Assembly (NCBI GenBank): GCA_963575745.1
Contig: CAUYUJ010000334.1
Span: 1-64,000 of the forward strand
Direction: 5' to 3'
DNA length: 64,000 bases
Source: Prorocentrum cordatum
Lineage: Eukaryota
Shown: positions 47,071-59,031 of the stretch, piece by piece
How positions within the stretch are numbered: the first letter of the stretch is position 1
Layout: each line of letters begins with the position of its first letter
Notes under the pieces: model-generated
Told to the model about the DNA's origin: nothing
What the model saw: only the letters and a program-made list of their open reading frames with translations
The model's database searches: none
Made by a program: the position numbers and the translations under genes

Positions 47071-49357
47071 ATGCGCTCCACTTTCCGATCTGGGACCCCC
47101 CAACGCGCTCCTCCCCCTGCTTTCTCCTCCGGGGGATGCCCCTTCCGGGAGGCAGTTCCCGCCGCGCTCCTATGCTCCGCTCTCCGATCTGGGACCCCCC
47201 AGCGCGCTCCTCCCTCTGCCCTCTCCTCTGGGGGATGCCCCTTTCGGGAGGCAATTCGGCCTTCCGAGGCGCCCCATCGGTCCACTCCCGCCCTCCGTGC
47301 TGCCTCTCCGAGTGGCCTCTCGTCCCGCCCTGTCCGGTGGGCGCCATGTTTAGGTCGGGCGTGCCCTCCCACAGGCGGATTCTGGAAGACAAAGAAGGCA
47401 TAGCCAAACAATGCTCAACAATAGTTCGTGGGCCTCTTTTCCACCACCACCACCATAAGCTGGAGGGGGGAAGGAGGTGAAGGAGGAGGAGGAGGAGGAG
47501 GAGGAGGAGGAGGAGGAGGAGGAGGAGGAGGAGGAGGACCTCCTCCCCCTCCTACGTATGGTGGTGGTGGTGGTGGTGGAAAAGCAGGCCCATCAATAGC
47601 CACAGCTTCTTCGAACAATCCTCACCGGACTATTTTTTTCCTGCTGATCTTTGGAGTATTCCTCCTGCCGAGGGACCTGCCCGTCTTAAAACGCTGCATC
47701 CCCAGGCGGCCTCGGGGAGCGCCGTGGCACTCCGGGGCCACCGGCGCGCCGGCGGCGGCGGCCGGCGCGGCGCCGAGGGGGCAGCCAACCTGCCGCCCTC
47801 TCGGGGCAGGTCTGCCCAGAGGTCCAACGCAGTGCAAAAATCAGGACGGGAGGGCTTTTGACAGTTTTCGGCCTCCGGGGGCCCTCGCCGGCCGGAGCGT
47901 CAAAACACGACTCCGGATGGAACACCGGCCCCGGGGAATGGGTCGAGACCTCCAGGGGACCCCGCATTGAGAAAATCACGACCTCGGATCTCTGGGTAGG
48001 GAGGAGCCTCTCCTGAGACGAGCCTGGGCCTCCATCGTCTCTCGGCGGCGAGCGAGGGGGGGAGGCGAGCGGGAGGAGGCCCCCTCAGAAGGCGGCGGGG
48101 CTCCTCAGCAGCCCTCCGGCCTTCTGGCAGGCGCCCCGTCTTCGGGGGAGGCCGAGAACACGACTCAAACGGCTTGAGGACTTCCGAGCCTTCCGAGCCC
48201 GCCCCCCCTCGGGCGCGCCGCCGGGTCGTGGAGCAAGCGCGACGGCGCAGACCTCCTGGGGCGGCGGCAGAAGTCACGGCGGGCCATTCTTTTGGGCCGC
48301 TGTCGGCCGCCAGGGGCCCGCGCCAGCTCCCCAGGACCGCCACGGAAAAAGACCCGGGGCGAGGCGCCAGTCCTGGGAGAGAGAGAGGTCCAGGCCTCTG
48401 GGGGTCCGCGCTGCGAGACAGCAAGACCTCGGATCTCTGAGAGTGCGGCACGAAGATGAGCCACCAGCAGAAATCTGTGAGAACTGGCAGGCCTCGAGGA
48501 GGTCCCGGGCGCCGCGGCCGTTTCAGAATGCTCGGGCACTGTCTCAGAGCTTCCTGGACCGCTCTGAGGCGATCTATCTTCATCCCAGGCCTGCCTGAAT
48601 CTCCCCGCAGGGATGAAAAAGGGGGGTGAACAAGGGAACGTGCTGGGAGGGTACGAACTCATATTCGGGATCGACGATCGTGCAACATAAATTTGACAAC
48701 AACAACAACCAAGACGCAGATCATGTGGATCTGGCCTCGGCATGGGGGTGCAGTCTAGTACTACCTTGAAGCTGGAACGGAGCGCGCGCTTAGGTTCTAG
48801 CCCACGGAAAGCCAGCATTATATCAATCAGCGGATGCACGCACACCATCCCACTGTGAACACTACATGGAAACACCTGCACAGTTGTGGGCATACCTATC
48901 TCAACAGCGTCCCCCGCCGATTTCGGTAATCTTCTTCCCATGTCGTGCACCTCAGGGAGCCTTGCTTGTGGCCCCAGGGACAAGGCTCGCACATCGTCCC
49001 CCCGAACATCTCGGCACCCCTCTAGTTGTGATCGTGCCCAACAGGGAGCTCCACTTACGGGCCCAGAGATGTGATTCGAATAGCAGCACCTCGCGCGCAT
49101 CGTGCTCCGGAGATAGCTGCACTCACAGCACCAGACGGGAGCTTCACATAGCGTCGCCACGCTCACTTTGGCACACCACCTCACACGGATCGTGCCCCGC
49201 AAGGAGCTCCACCTACGGCTCCAGAGACAATGTTCGCATCCCGACCCCCCGCCTAATTCTGCACACCTCTCAAACGGATCGTGCCCCACAAGGAGTTCGT
49301 TCCATCTACAGCCCCAGAGACAAAGTGCGCTTAGCGCCCCCCCCCGCCCATTCCGGC

Positions 49358-49658
49358 ACACACACACACACCCACACCCACACCCACACCCACACCCACA
49401 CCCACACCCACACCCACACCCACACCCACACCCACACCCCCACCCCCACAGACACACACACACACGCACACACACCACACACACACACCACACACACACC
49501 ACACACACACCACACACACACCACACACACACCACACACACACACCACACACACACCACACACACCACACACACCACACACACCACACACACACCACACA
49601 CACACACCACACACACACATTCACACATTCACACATTCACACATTCACACATTCACAC

Positions 49659-49733
<75 letters not shown>

Positions 49734-49752
49734 CACACACACACACACACAC
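49358..49752. repeat. Compound (CACACC)n/(CA)n/(CACATT)n/(CAGA)n microsatellite
   Basis: Seen directly in the sequence. Confidence 0.95.
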
Positions 49753-52067
49753 CTCACGCGGATCGTGCCCCACAGGGAGCACAACCCACAACCCCAGCAC
49801 ATCGCCACCCCGCCCATTTCGGCACACCCCTCACGCGAATCGTGCGCCGTGAGGAGCTCCACTTGTGGCGCTAATGGGCATCTTCGCATGGCGCCCTTCC
49901 GCCCATTTCGGCTCATACCTCACACGGGTCGTGCCCCACAGGGAGCTCCACCTGCGGCCTCAGTGGGCGTGTTCTCGCGGGGACACATGGATTATTCGGT
50001 GCCCCCTTTGCGCGGATCGTGCCCCACGAGGAGCTCAGCGCGCACGTGGACGCTCGCTCCACAGCCGCCACCTATCCGCACTGCCCCGCGGCGCACAGTA
50101 CGTGAAGAGAGAGCCGCGCCCTGCGCTTCACGTGACTGCAAAGTGCTGGGCTGTCCGCAAGGCTAAATGTTCGCTCATCGAAGGGGCCGGCGCCGAATAA
50201 CCGCCGCTCCCTGCCCATGCGTTTCCCCAGGGCTGCTGGGCAGCATCGCCGCGGCGCCATCCGGGGTCCGTCTTGGCTGCAGCAAGTTGTGCTCGGGCAC
50301 TGGAGGGAAGATCCTGGAGCCCGTGCTGGGCACGAGCGAGTCGGCGCTGGGGCTGCTGGCCCGTCTCACCTCCACCACGCCGCTGAACTTCTTGAGATCC
50401 TTGCGAGCTGGGTCATCCGAAACGTCTGGCTCGATGGCACCAGGCGACTTCGCGCTCCCGGCTCTGGACTTTCCAGGGGCGAGATCAAGATCGCAATGGA
50501 ACGGAGAGCCCCCCACCGGGAAATCGGTTCCGGTCTCGTGTTCGTGTCGTGCGTGCGGGCGAGGCGAGGCTGCGTGGGCGCGCGAGAGGACTGACCCCGC
50601 CGTCGCTAGGGCGATTCGGATGCGTTGGGCCGCCCCTCCGCCCCGGGAGGGCGCGCGGTGGCCCGGGGTGTACCGCCGTGGTGTCCCCCCTGTGGTGTCC
50701 TGTTGTATCGCGTTGGTGTTCCGTCGGCGGTGGGCGGGCGGTGGCCGTGGGGTGCCCCGTCGTGGGATCGATAATGAGATCGCCCGACCGGGATGGATAG
50801 TCGTATCAGAATTGATATTGACAGTCATGTTGATTGTGACATTGGTTGTGAGATCGACAGTGAGGTCGATAGAGGAGTCGGTAGTGAGATCGCTAGTGGA
50901 ATCGATGGCTGAACCCATTGGTGCCAAGACTGGCCGCGAGGTCGATAGTGTCGATCAAGTGAGATCGAAAGCGGGGACGATAGTGACACTACATCAGAGC
51001 GCAACATCGTCATCAAGCGTCGTCGCTAACTCGAGGGCGCGTCACCAGCATCGTCAACATCACACCCATCGCATTTGCCAGCAGTTGGCTCTTCCCCCCC
51101 ACCCCTCAACCTCCTTATCACCCGAAGGGTGGTCGTACATTTGTTTCGGCTCCGTGCGTCCATTTTTTCTCGCAAGAGGATCCAGGAGGCTGCTCGAGGG
51201 TCCTCGCCGAGGGAGCGTGCACACGTCCGAGCGATGCCGGGCCAGAGAGGGCCCTGGACTCCAAGTTTCGCACCCCAGAACCACTGCTCCCGCTCGCTGT
51301 GAATGGAGGTTAACGACCAGAGGGCCGAACCTACCGTATGATCCGCAGGTGGAGGATGAGGAGGATAGGAGATGATCTTTTGTCCTCGCGCCCTGCGAAC
51401 GGCGGGCGCAGGCGTATCCAGCAGGCTGGATGCTGTCCGATACCTGATCCGACAGGACAGCAGGAACGAAGGCCGAAAGGAGGAGATAAGCGGTCTTCGT
51501 GCACGCTGGCCGACCGCGCGAGTCTAGTCCATCGACCCTCGCTCCCGGCCGCTGTCGGAGGCCGCCGCGCTCGCGCTCGCCCCCTGCCTGGGCGCGCCAT
51601 GGCGGCGGCTCGCGCGCGAGAGCCGAGGCCCCCCCTCGCGGCCTCGCCGCTGGGCCACCGCCGCGGCCGCCTGGCGCTCCGCCCAGGAGCCCGCTGCCCG
51701 ACGGCCGCGGGCGCCGCGCGCGCCCTGCCTCTCCGCCGGGAGCCCCCGCGGACGGCGCGCGCGCGCGCCCTGCCTCTCGTCGAAGGCCCGCGTCCCGACG
51801 GCCGCGGGCGCCAGGAGCGCCACGAGGCCCGCGGTGCTGAGCGGGGACGGCAGGCACGGCGGGGCTGCCGAGCAGCAGCGCAGGCGAGGTGCACGCCAGG
51901 GCTGCGGCCGACCCCACCGGACCGAGGGTGGCCCAGCGGATGTCCACTGAGAGGCGCGCGGCGGCAGCAGCGCAGCGGATGTGCAGCATAAGGCTACCGC
52001 CGGTGGGACCCCTGCCCGCGCCCCACATCGTGTTCGTGTCGCTGTAGCCGAAGGCTCGCGCGAGGTA

Positions 52068-52233
52068 CACGTCGTTCACTTCTGATCGTGCTCACTTCTA
52101 ATGGTGCTCATTTCTAATTGTTCCTGGCCCCCTACTGGCCAGAAAGAGGCCCAGGATAGAATAACTAGAAATGAAAGGATCGTGGCCCCCCAAAAATCGC
52201 AGAACTTTCGAGGAATGAGAAGTGAACAATGTG
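52068..52233. mobile_element. MITE, 166 bp, imperfect TIRs, TA flanks; second copy at about 44169-44330
   Basis: TA|cacgtcgttcacttct ... agaagtgaacaatgtg|TA. Internal sequence aligns with 44169-44330. Confidence 0.78.
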
Positions 52234-52613
52234 TAGTGCTTCCAGCAGGTGCCACCACCACGGTGCGAGCGCCCACAGACACGACAACGATCTCCAAGCC
52301 CGAGGTGCGGATCATGTTGCACTTGGCAGGCAGTGCCCCGGATCCGAAGCCCAGGCTCCAGGAAACGAACCAGGCGAAATCCGCCACCGTGCCCCCTAGC
52401 ATTAGGTCGGGCATGCCCCCCTACAGGCGGATTTCGGGCGAAAAGTAAAACAACTATTATCCCGGCAAAGCAACCTAACAGCGATGTGTAGGAGCATATC
52501 TTGAAGCATTCCCCTTAAGATTCAGATGAGAATCCTGTTGTAGAATTCTGCTGTTCTCGCAGTCGTAGTCGCATTCGTGATGGCAGTCGCAGTGGCAATG
52601 GCAGTCGCAGTCA

Positions 52614-53086
52614 CAGCCTCAGCCTGCCTCAGCCTCAGCCTCAGCCTGCCTCAGCCTCAGCCTGCCTCAGCCTGCCTCAGCCTGCTTCAGCCTCAACATC
52701 AGTCTGCCTTCTGCCTCGGCCTAAGCCTCAGCCTGCCTCAGCCTCACCCTGCATCAGCCTCAGCCTCAGCCTCAGCCTGCCTCAGCATCAGCCTGCCTCA
52801 GCCTCAGCCTCAGCCTGCCTCAGCCTCAGCTTCAGCCTGCTTCAGCCTCAGCCTCAGTCTGCCGTCGGCCTCGGCCTCAGCCTCAGCGTGCCTCAGCCTC
52901 AGCCTGCATCAGCCTCAGCCTCAGCATCAGCCTGCCTCAGCATCAGCCTGCCTCAGCCTCAGCTCAGCCTCAGCCTCAGCCTCAGCCTGCTTCAGCCTCA
53001 GCCTCAGTCTGCCTTCAGCCTCGGCCTCAGCCTCAGCCTGCCTCAGCCTCAGCCTGCCTCAGCCTCAGCATCAGCCTGCCTCAGCA
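52614..53086. repeat. CAGCCT/CAGCCTGCCT satellite
   Basis: Seen directly in the sequence. Confidence 0.95.
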
Positions 53087-53356
53087 TTCAAAATGTGGCC
53101 CGGGAATGGAGTTCTGGGAACTCGAAGAACACGAAGTGGCCTACAGTTGGCTCCGGGCATTCAAAATCATGCCCAGGAATGGAGTTCTGGGAACTCGAAG
53201 ACCACGAAGTGGCCTACAGTTGGCTCCGGGCATTCAGAATGTGGCCCGGGAATGGAGGTCTGGGAACTCGAAGACCACGAAGTGGCCTACAGTTGGCTCC
53301 GGGCATTCAAAATGTGGCCCGGGAGTGGAGTTCTGGGACCTCGAAGACCACGAAGT
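53084..53356. repeat. 73-bp tandem repeat (about 3.7 units)
   Basis: gcattca starts at 53084, 53157, 53230 and 53303. Confidence 0.92.
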
Positions 53357-53859
53357 GTGTAGCTGTTGGCTTGAAAAAATGCCCGGCACCCTCCCCCGGA
53401 TCGCGTCCAGACCCCCCTGGGGCGTCACTCTCTCTTTTGACCCTACTAGAAACCTATCAGTCTTCGCTGTTAGGTAAAATGATCAGAACATGCCCCCCAA
53501 ATGGGCAAAAGTAGTAAAACAAATCGTCCCCAGAGTGTTTTGTAACTATTTTTGGATATTCCTCCTGTAGAGGGACAGGCCCGACTTAACCCTAGCATGC
53601 TGTGGCGTGGTCGAATGCAACGTGCTGTCTGATAGGCTTTCTGCAATGCGCCGACCCCATGTGGATCTCCAAACATGTGAGACTGTCCCCCTTAATGCCC
53701 CCCCCAAAGGCCTCAAACCGGAAATTAGACCCCCCCCCCGTGGCTCCGAACGACCCCCCTGGGAACGCGCCACGGGAGGCTCCAGGTTCTTCTGGTGCTG
53801 TTTGGTGGCTCCGAGACGGCTCCAGAAACACCGAGAACAGTTCAAGAGGGCCCCGAATC

Positions 53860-56800
53860 GCCAAAAAATATACCAAAGACGCTCAAGATGGCCTCCAGAT
53901 GGCCCACAAGGCCTGCAAGACGCAATATCGCCCCAAGACGGTTTAAGAGGCCCCCTTGAAATTTCAGAGACGGCACCCGAGGGCTCCAACACGGCCCTAA
54001 AAGGCGCCCATGACGGCCTCAAAGCGCCCCAAGATGGCCCTTAGAGTGGCTCAACTGGGGGATCGCGAACTCATTTTCCTAGCTTTCCGAGCCGAGAAAG
54101 ACTCTGAAGCAACCATCGGGCGCCTTAGAACCCCCCGAAAGACCCAAAGAGGCTGCCGAGAAACCCACGTAAGGCCCAAATGGCCCCCACGACGGGCCCC
54201 TAGAGGCCTCAACACTTTCTCAAAACGGCCCCCCCAGAAAGTCCGCCCCCAAACCCCAGCAGGCTTCCAAGAGGTCTCTGACCCACGAGCTCGGGCACGG
54301 TGGCGGGATCGGCCGAAAGCCGCGAGGTCCGCCGCCCCCTTTTGACTTACCAGAAGGGTGCCTGGCGTGGCGTGTTAGACCCTCATTTTTTTTTCTTCTC
54401 ATTTTTTTGTTTTTTTTTGTTTGTTTTTTGTATGTGTTTTTTGTTTTTTTTGTTTTTCCTTTCTCAAAAAGAACTCCCCCTGGGGCTCCGGCGCGTCCCG
54501 CCGGCCACCCGGAAAGGATCTCAAAACGCATCCGTCTTGCCTTTGTTTCCTCCAGTTCGCCCAAGATGGCGTCCAAGAGACGGCCAAGATGGCCCAGGAT
54601 GGTCTCCAAGACATCTCCAAGACGCCCCAAGATGGCCTCCAAGACGGCTAAGATGGCCCCAAGATGCCTCCAAGACGGCCCAAGATGGCCTCAAGATGGT
54701 CTACGACGGCCCAACAGGCCCGCAAGACGCCTCCAAGACGGCGCACGAGCCCTCCAAGACGTCCTCCAGGAAGGCCCGAAAGGGCTCAAATCATTGATTT
54801 TCCTTAGGTTCTTGAAAGGTTTTGGCATTTGCGCCTCTTCGGCATTCCGACGGCCCAAGACGGCCCAAGAGGCCCCCAAGATCGCCCAAGAGGCCCCCAA
54901 GACTGCCCAAGAGGCCTCCAACACTCCCAAAATTGCCTCCAAGAGGCCCAAGATGGCCTCCGCGAAGCGCTCCAAGAGGGCCCCAAGTCGGCCCAGAAAC
55001 CCCCCAAGACGACTCCCGACGGCGTCAGACGTGCCAGGAACCCACCAAGATGGCCGAAATTGGCTCGAAGCTGGGCCAAGACGGCCCAAGAGGCCCCCAA
55101 GAGGGCCTCCAGGAAGGCCAGAAGAGGCCCAAAACATTGATTTTCCTATGGTTTTTTAACGGATTTTGACATTTGCTTCTTATCGGCCTTCCGACGGCCC
55201 GAGACGGCCCAAGAGCCCCCAAAGATCGCCGAAAGATCGCCCAAGAGGCCTCCAAGATGGCCTCAGAACGGCCCAAGAGGGCCCCAAGACGGCCCCAAGA
55301 GGCCCCCAAGACGGCACAGGAGGCCTTTAAGACGCCCAAGATGGGCCTCCAAGACGGCCCTGGAGCATTCCAAGAGGGCCCCAAGTCGGCCCATAGAGGC
55401 CCTCCAAACGGCTTCCGACGGCGTCAGACGGACCAAGAGCCCACCAAGACGGCCGAACATGGCCCTAAGACGGCCCAAGACGGCCCAAGAGTTCTCCAAC
55501 TTTCCTCCAGGAAGGCCCGAAAAGGCCAACATCATTGATTCTCCATGGGTTATTGAAGGATTGTGGCATTTGCTTCTTTTCTGCCTTCCGACGGCCCGAG
55601 ACGGCCCAAGTGCCCACAAAGATCGCCCAAGAGGCCCCCAAGACGGCCCCAAGAGGCCCCCAAGACGGCCCAAGAAGTATCCAAGACGCCCAAGATGGCC
55701 TCCAAGACGGCCCAAGAGTCCTCCAAGACGTCCTTTAAGAAGGCCCGAAAGGGTCAAAATGGCCCCCAGGCGGCCAAGATGACCTTCAAGATGCCCACGT
55801 GTTCCCCGAAGGCTTTCCAAACCGATTCGGGGACCACATGGTCCGATAGCTTGGCAGGTCTGGCCTCAACGTTCGGCCACATAGGAGCTTCCAAAAAGGC
55901 AGGGGGCGGCGGTGATTCGCCGTAGGCGTCTTCGATCCGCCGCCCCCTTTTGATTTATCAAAGGGGTGCCTGGCGTGCGGGATGGTATGGCTTTTGGTTT
56001 TGGTTCTTTTTCCCAAAGAACTGCCCCTGGGGCTTCGGCTCGCCGGCCACCCAGAAAGGATCTCAAAACGCGTCCGTAGTGCCTCTGTTTCCTCCAGTTG
56101 GCCCAAGATGGCGTCCAAGACGGCCAAGATGGCCCAGGATGGTCTCCAAGACATCTCCAAGACGCCCCAAGATGGCCTCCAAGACGGCTAAGATGGCCCC
56201 AAGATGCCTCCAAGACGGCCCAAGATGGCCTCAAGATGGTCTAAAACTGCTCAAAAGGCCCGCAAGAGGCCTCCAAGACGGCTCAAGAGGCCTCCAAGAG
56301 GTCCTCCAAGAAGGCCCGCAGAGGCCACAATCATTGATATTCCTATGGTTTTTGAAGGATTTTGGCTTTTGCGCCTTTTCGGCATTCCGATGGCCCAAGA
56401 CGGCCCAAGAGGCCCCCAAGGTCGCCCCAGGATCGCCCAAGAGGCCTCCAAGAGGGCCCCATGACGGCCTAAGAGGCCCCCAAGACGGCCCCAAGAGGGC
56501 CCCAAGACGGCCCAAGAGGCTTCCAAGACGCCCAAGATGGCCTCCAAGACGGCCCCGAAGCTCCCCAAGAGGACCCCAAGTCGGCCCAGACAGACACCCC
56601 AAACGGCTTCCGACGGCGTCAGACGGGCCAGGAGCCCACCAAGATGGCCGAAGTTGGCTCGAAGCTGGCCCAAGACGGCCCACGAGGCCTCCAAGAGGGC
56701 CTCCAGGAAGGCCAGAAGGCCAAAAACATTGATTTTCCTATGGTTTTTGAAGGATTTCGACATTTGCTTCCTTTCGGCCTTCCGACGGCCCGAGACGGCC

Positions 56801-57608
56801 CAAGAGCCCCCAAAGATCGCCCAACGATCGCCCAAGAGGCCTCCAATATGGCACCAGAACGGCCCAAGAGGCCCCCAAGACGGCCCCCAAGAGGCCCCAA
56901 GAGGCCTCCAAGACGCCCAAGATGGCCTCCAAGACGGCCTCAGAACGGCCCAAGAGGGTCCCAAGACGGCCCCAAGAGGCCCCCAAGACGACTCAGGAGG
57001 CTTGTAAGACGCCCAAGATGGGCCTCCAAGACGGCCCTGGAGCATTCCAAGAGAGCCCCAAGTCGGCCCAGGGAGGCCCCCCAAACGGCTTCCGACGGCA
57101 TCAGACGGGCCAGGAGCCCAACAAGACGGCCGAAGATGGCCCTAAGATGGCCCAAGAGGCCTCCAAGAAGGCCTCCAGGAAGGCCCCCAAAAGCTCGAAA
57201 AGTCCAACATCATAGATTCTCCATGGGTTATTGAAGGATTGTGGCATTTGCTTCTTTTCTGCCTTCCGACGACCCGAGATAGTCCAAGAGCCCCCAACGA
57301 TCGCCCAAGGGGCCTCCAATATGGCCCCAAAACGGCCCAAGAGGCCCCCAAGACGGCCCCAAGAGGCCCCCAAGGCGGCCCAAGAGGCCTCCAAGACGCT
57401 CAAGATGGCCTCCAAGACGGCCCTGGAGCACCCCAAGAAAAGCCCAAGTCGGCCCAGCCTCGCCCACCGTGTTCCCCGAACGCTTTCCAAACCGATTCGG
57501 GGAACACATGGTCCGATAGCTTGGCAGGCCTCTGGCCACAACGTTCGGCCACATAGGCGTTTCCAAAAAGGCAGGGGGCGGCGGTGACTCGCCGTAGGCG
57601 TCTTCGAT
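53860..57608. repeat. CCAAGA(C/T/G)GGC(C) satellite with a higher-order duplication of about 1.6 kb
   Basis: Units of about 11 nt. Blocks of about 54330-55937 and 55938-57608 share start and end sequences. Confidence 0.9.
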
Positions 57609-57818
57609 ACATATAAATACCTCTGATCCGCCGCCGCGGCATGAATCGTACCGCGTGTCTCGTAGCGTCTGTTCCAGACACTTCTGGTTCACGACCCAAA
57701 CGCTGTGAGCTGTGGATCCCGGCCCTCGCTCGGTGGCGGGTTGCCTCTCATGGCGCTTCCACTGCTGTTCCGCCCCACCTCTGCCACCTCATTCTATTCT
57801 TGACTGGTCTCCCTACGC

Positions 57819-57983
57819 TTAGGTCGGGCATGTCCCCCTCCAGGCGGATCTTGGCAGAACACTTAAACATAGTCAACAGCATAGCCCAAAATGGTACAAC
57901 ACAAAAACAGTCGAAACATCGTTCCCAGACATTATTTGGACTACTTTTGGATTTTCCTCCTGTAGAAGGACATGCCCGACTGA
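57819..57983. mobile_element. MITE-like family with TIR core AGGTCGGGC(A/G)TG(T/C)CC...CAGG; related ends at about 3437-3585, 45286, 45676, 46010, 47350, 52402, 53565
   Basis: taggtcgggcatgtccccctccagg ... cctgtagaaggacatgcccgact are inverted ends. The motif recurs throughout the window. Confidence 0.65.
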
Positions 57984-58199
57984 ATCCTACCACTCTCCTT
58001 TCTCTTTTTCCATCTCCTCCTTCTCCGTTCTCGTCGTCATATTCTGCGGCCTCTCTCTTCGATTGCTCCCTGCGCCGTCCTGGGGCGCACTCAGGCCCTG
58101 TAGGGCTTCTCGGTGACGTCTTGGGCCATGGGGCTCTCGTGGAGCTCTCGTGGGGGGACGATGAGGAAGAATTCGCTAACCACAGAATGTGGTGGGAGT

Positions 58200-58413
58200 G
58201 GGAGGAGGAGGAGGAGGAGGAGGAGGAGGAGGAGGAGGAGGAGGAGGAGGAGGAGGAGGAGGAGGAGGAGGAGGAGGAGGAGGAGGAGGAGGAGGAGGAG
58301 GAGGAGGAGGAGGAGGAGGAGGAGGAGGAGGAGGAGGAGGAGGAGGAGGATGAAGAGGAGGAGGATGGGAGGAGGAGGAGGAGGGGAGAGGAGGAGGAGG
58401 AGGAGGAGGAGAG

Positions 58414-58444
<31 letters not shown>

Positions 58445-58480
58445 GAAGAGGAGGCGGGGGAGGAGGAGGAGGAAAGGGAG
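58200..58480. repeat. (GGA)n tract
   Basis: Seen directly in the sequence. Confidence 0.97.
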
Positions 58481-59000
58481 GAGACGGCCGCGCGCCCCCC
58501 CACAAGGACCGCGCGCGCGGTGCTGGCGGGCGCCAGGGCCGCGGCGGCGGGCAGGCGCTCCTGGGTGCCGGCCGGCCCTCCTCCTCTCCTCCTCTCCTCC
58601 TCCACTTGGAGTCTTGGACTGTGTTAGTGCAGGTATCGACGCACTCCCCCGGCTGATAAACTTGTAGCAAGGCTTGTCGCGGATGGCCGATCCGATCCCA
58701 TCTGATGCCTTCTCCTCTCCTTCCTCCTCCCTCAGCCTCCTCTCTCCTTCCTCCTCACCCCCTCCTCCTCCTCCTCCTCCTCCTCCTCCCCTCCTCCCCT
58801 CCTCCTACTCCTCCTCCTCCTCCTCCTCCTCCTCCTCCTCTCCCTCCTCCCACCTCCTTTCCTCCCTCCTCCTCCCTCCTACCCTCTCCTCCTCCTACTC
58901 CCTCCTCCTCTCCTCCTCCCCCGCCACTGAACCACCTTCTCTTTGTCCTGATCGCCCCCTGCGGTCTCGACGCCACCGCCCGTCGCCCCTGCCGCCGCGA

Positions 59001-59031
<31 letters not shown>

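Noticed and set aside
50230..50480. Possible host exon on - strand (GAIEPDVSDDPARKDLKKFSGVVEV...); similar candidate at about 830-920
   Set aside because: Coding-like bias, but no recognisable domain and splice sites cannot be fixed without transcripts.
53084..53356. Regularly spaced repeats resembling a CRISPR array (also 44683-45080 and 8636-9045)
   Set aside because: Whole units repeat with no unique spacers, no cas genes are present, and the context is eukaryotic.
54407..57699. Many overlapping P/R/K-rich ORFs
   Set aside because: Products of the CCAAGA satellite, open in several frames with no domain signal.
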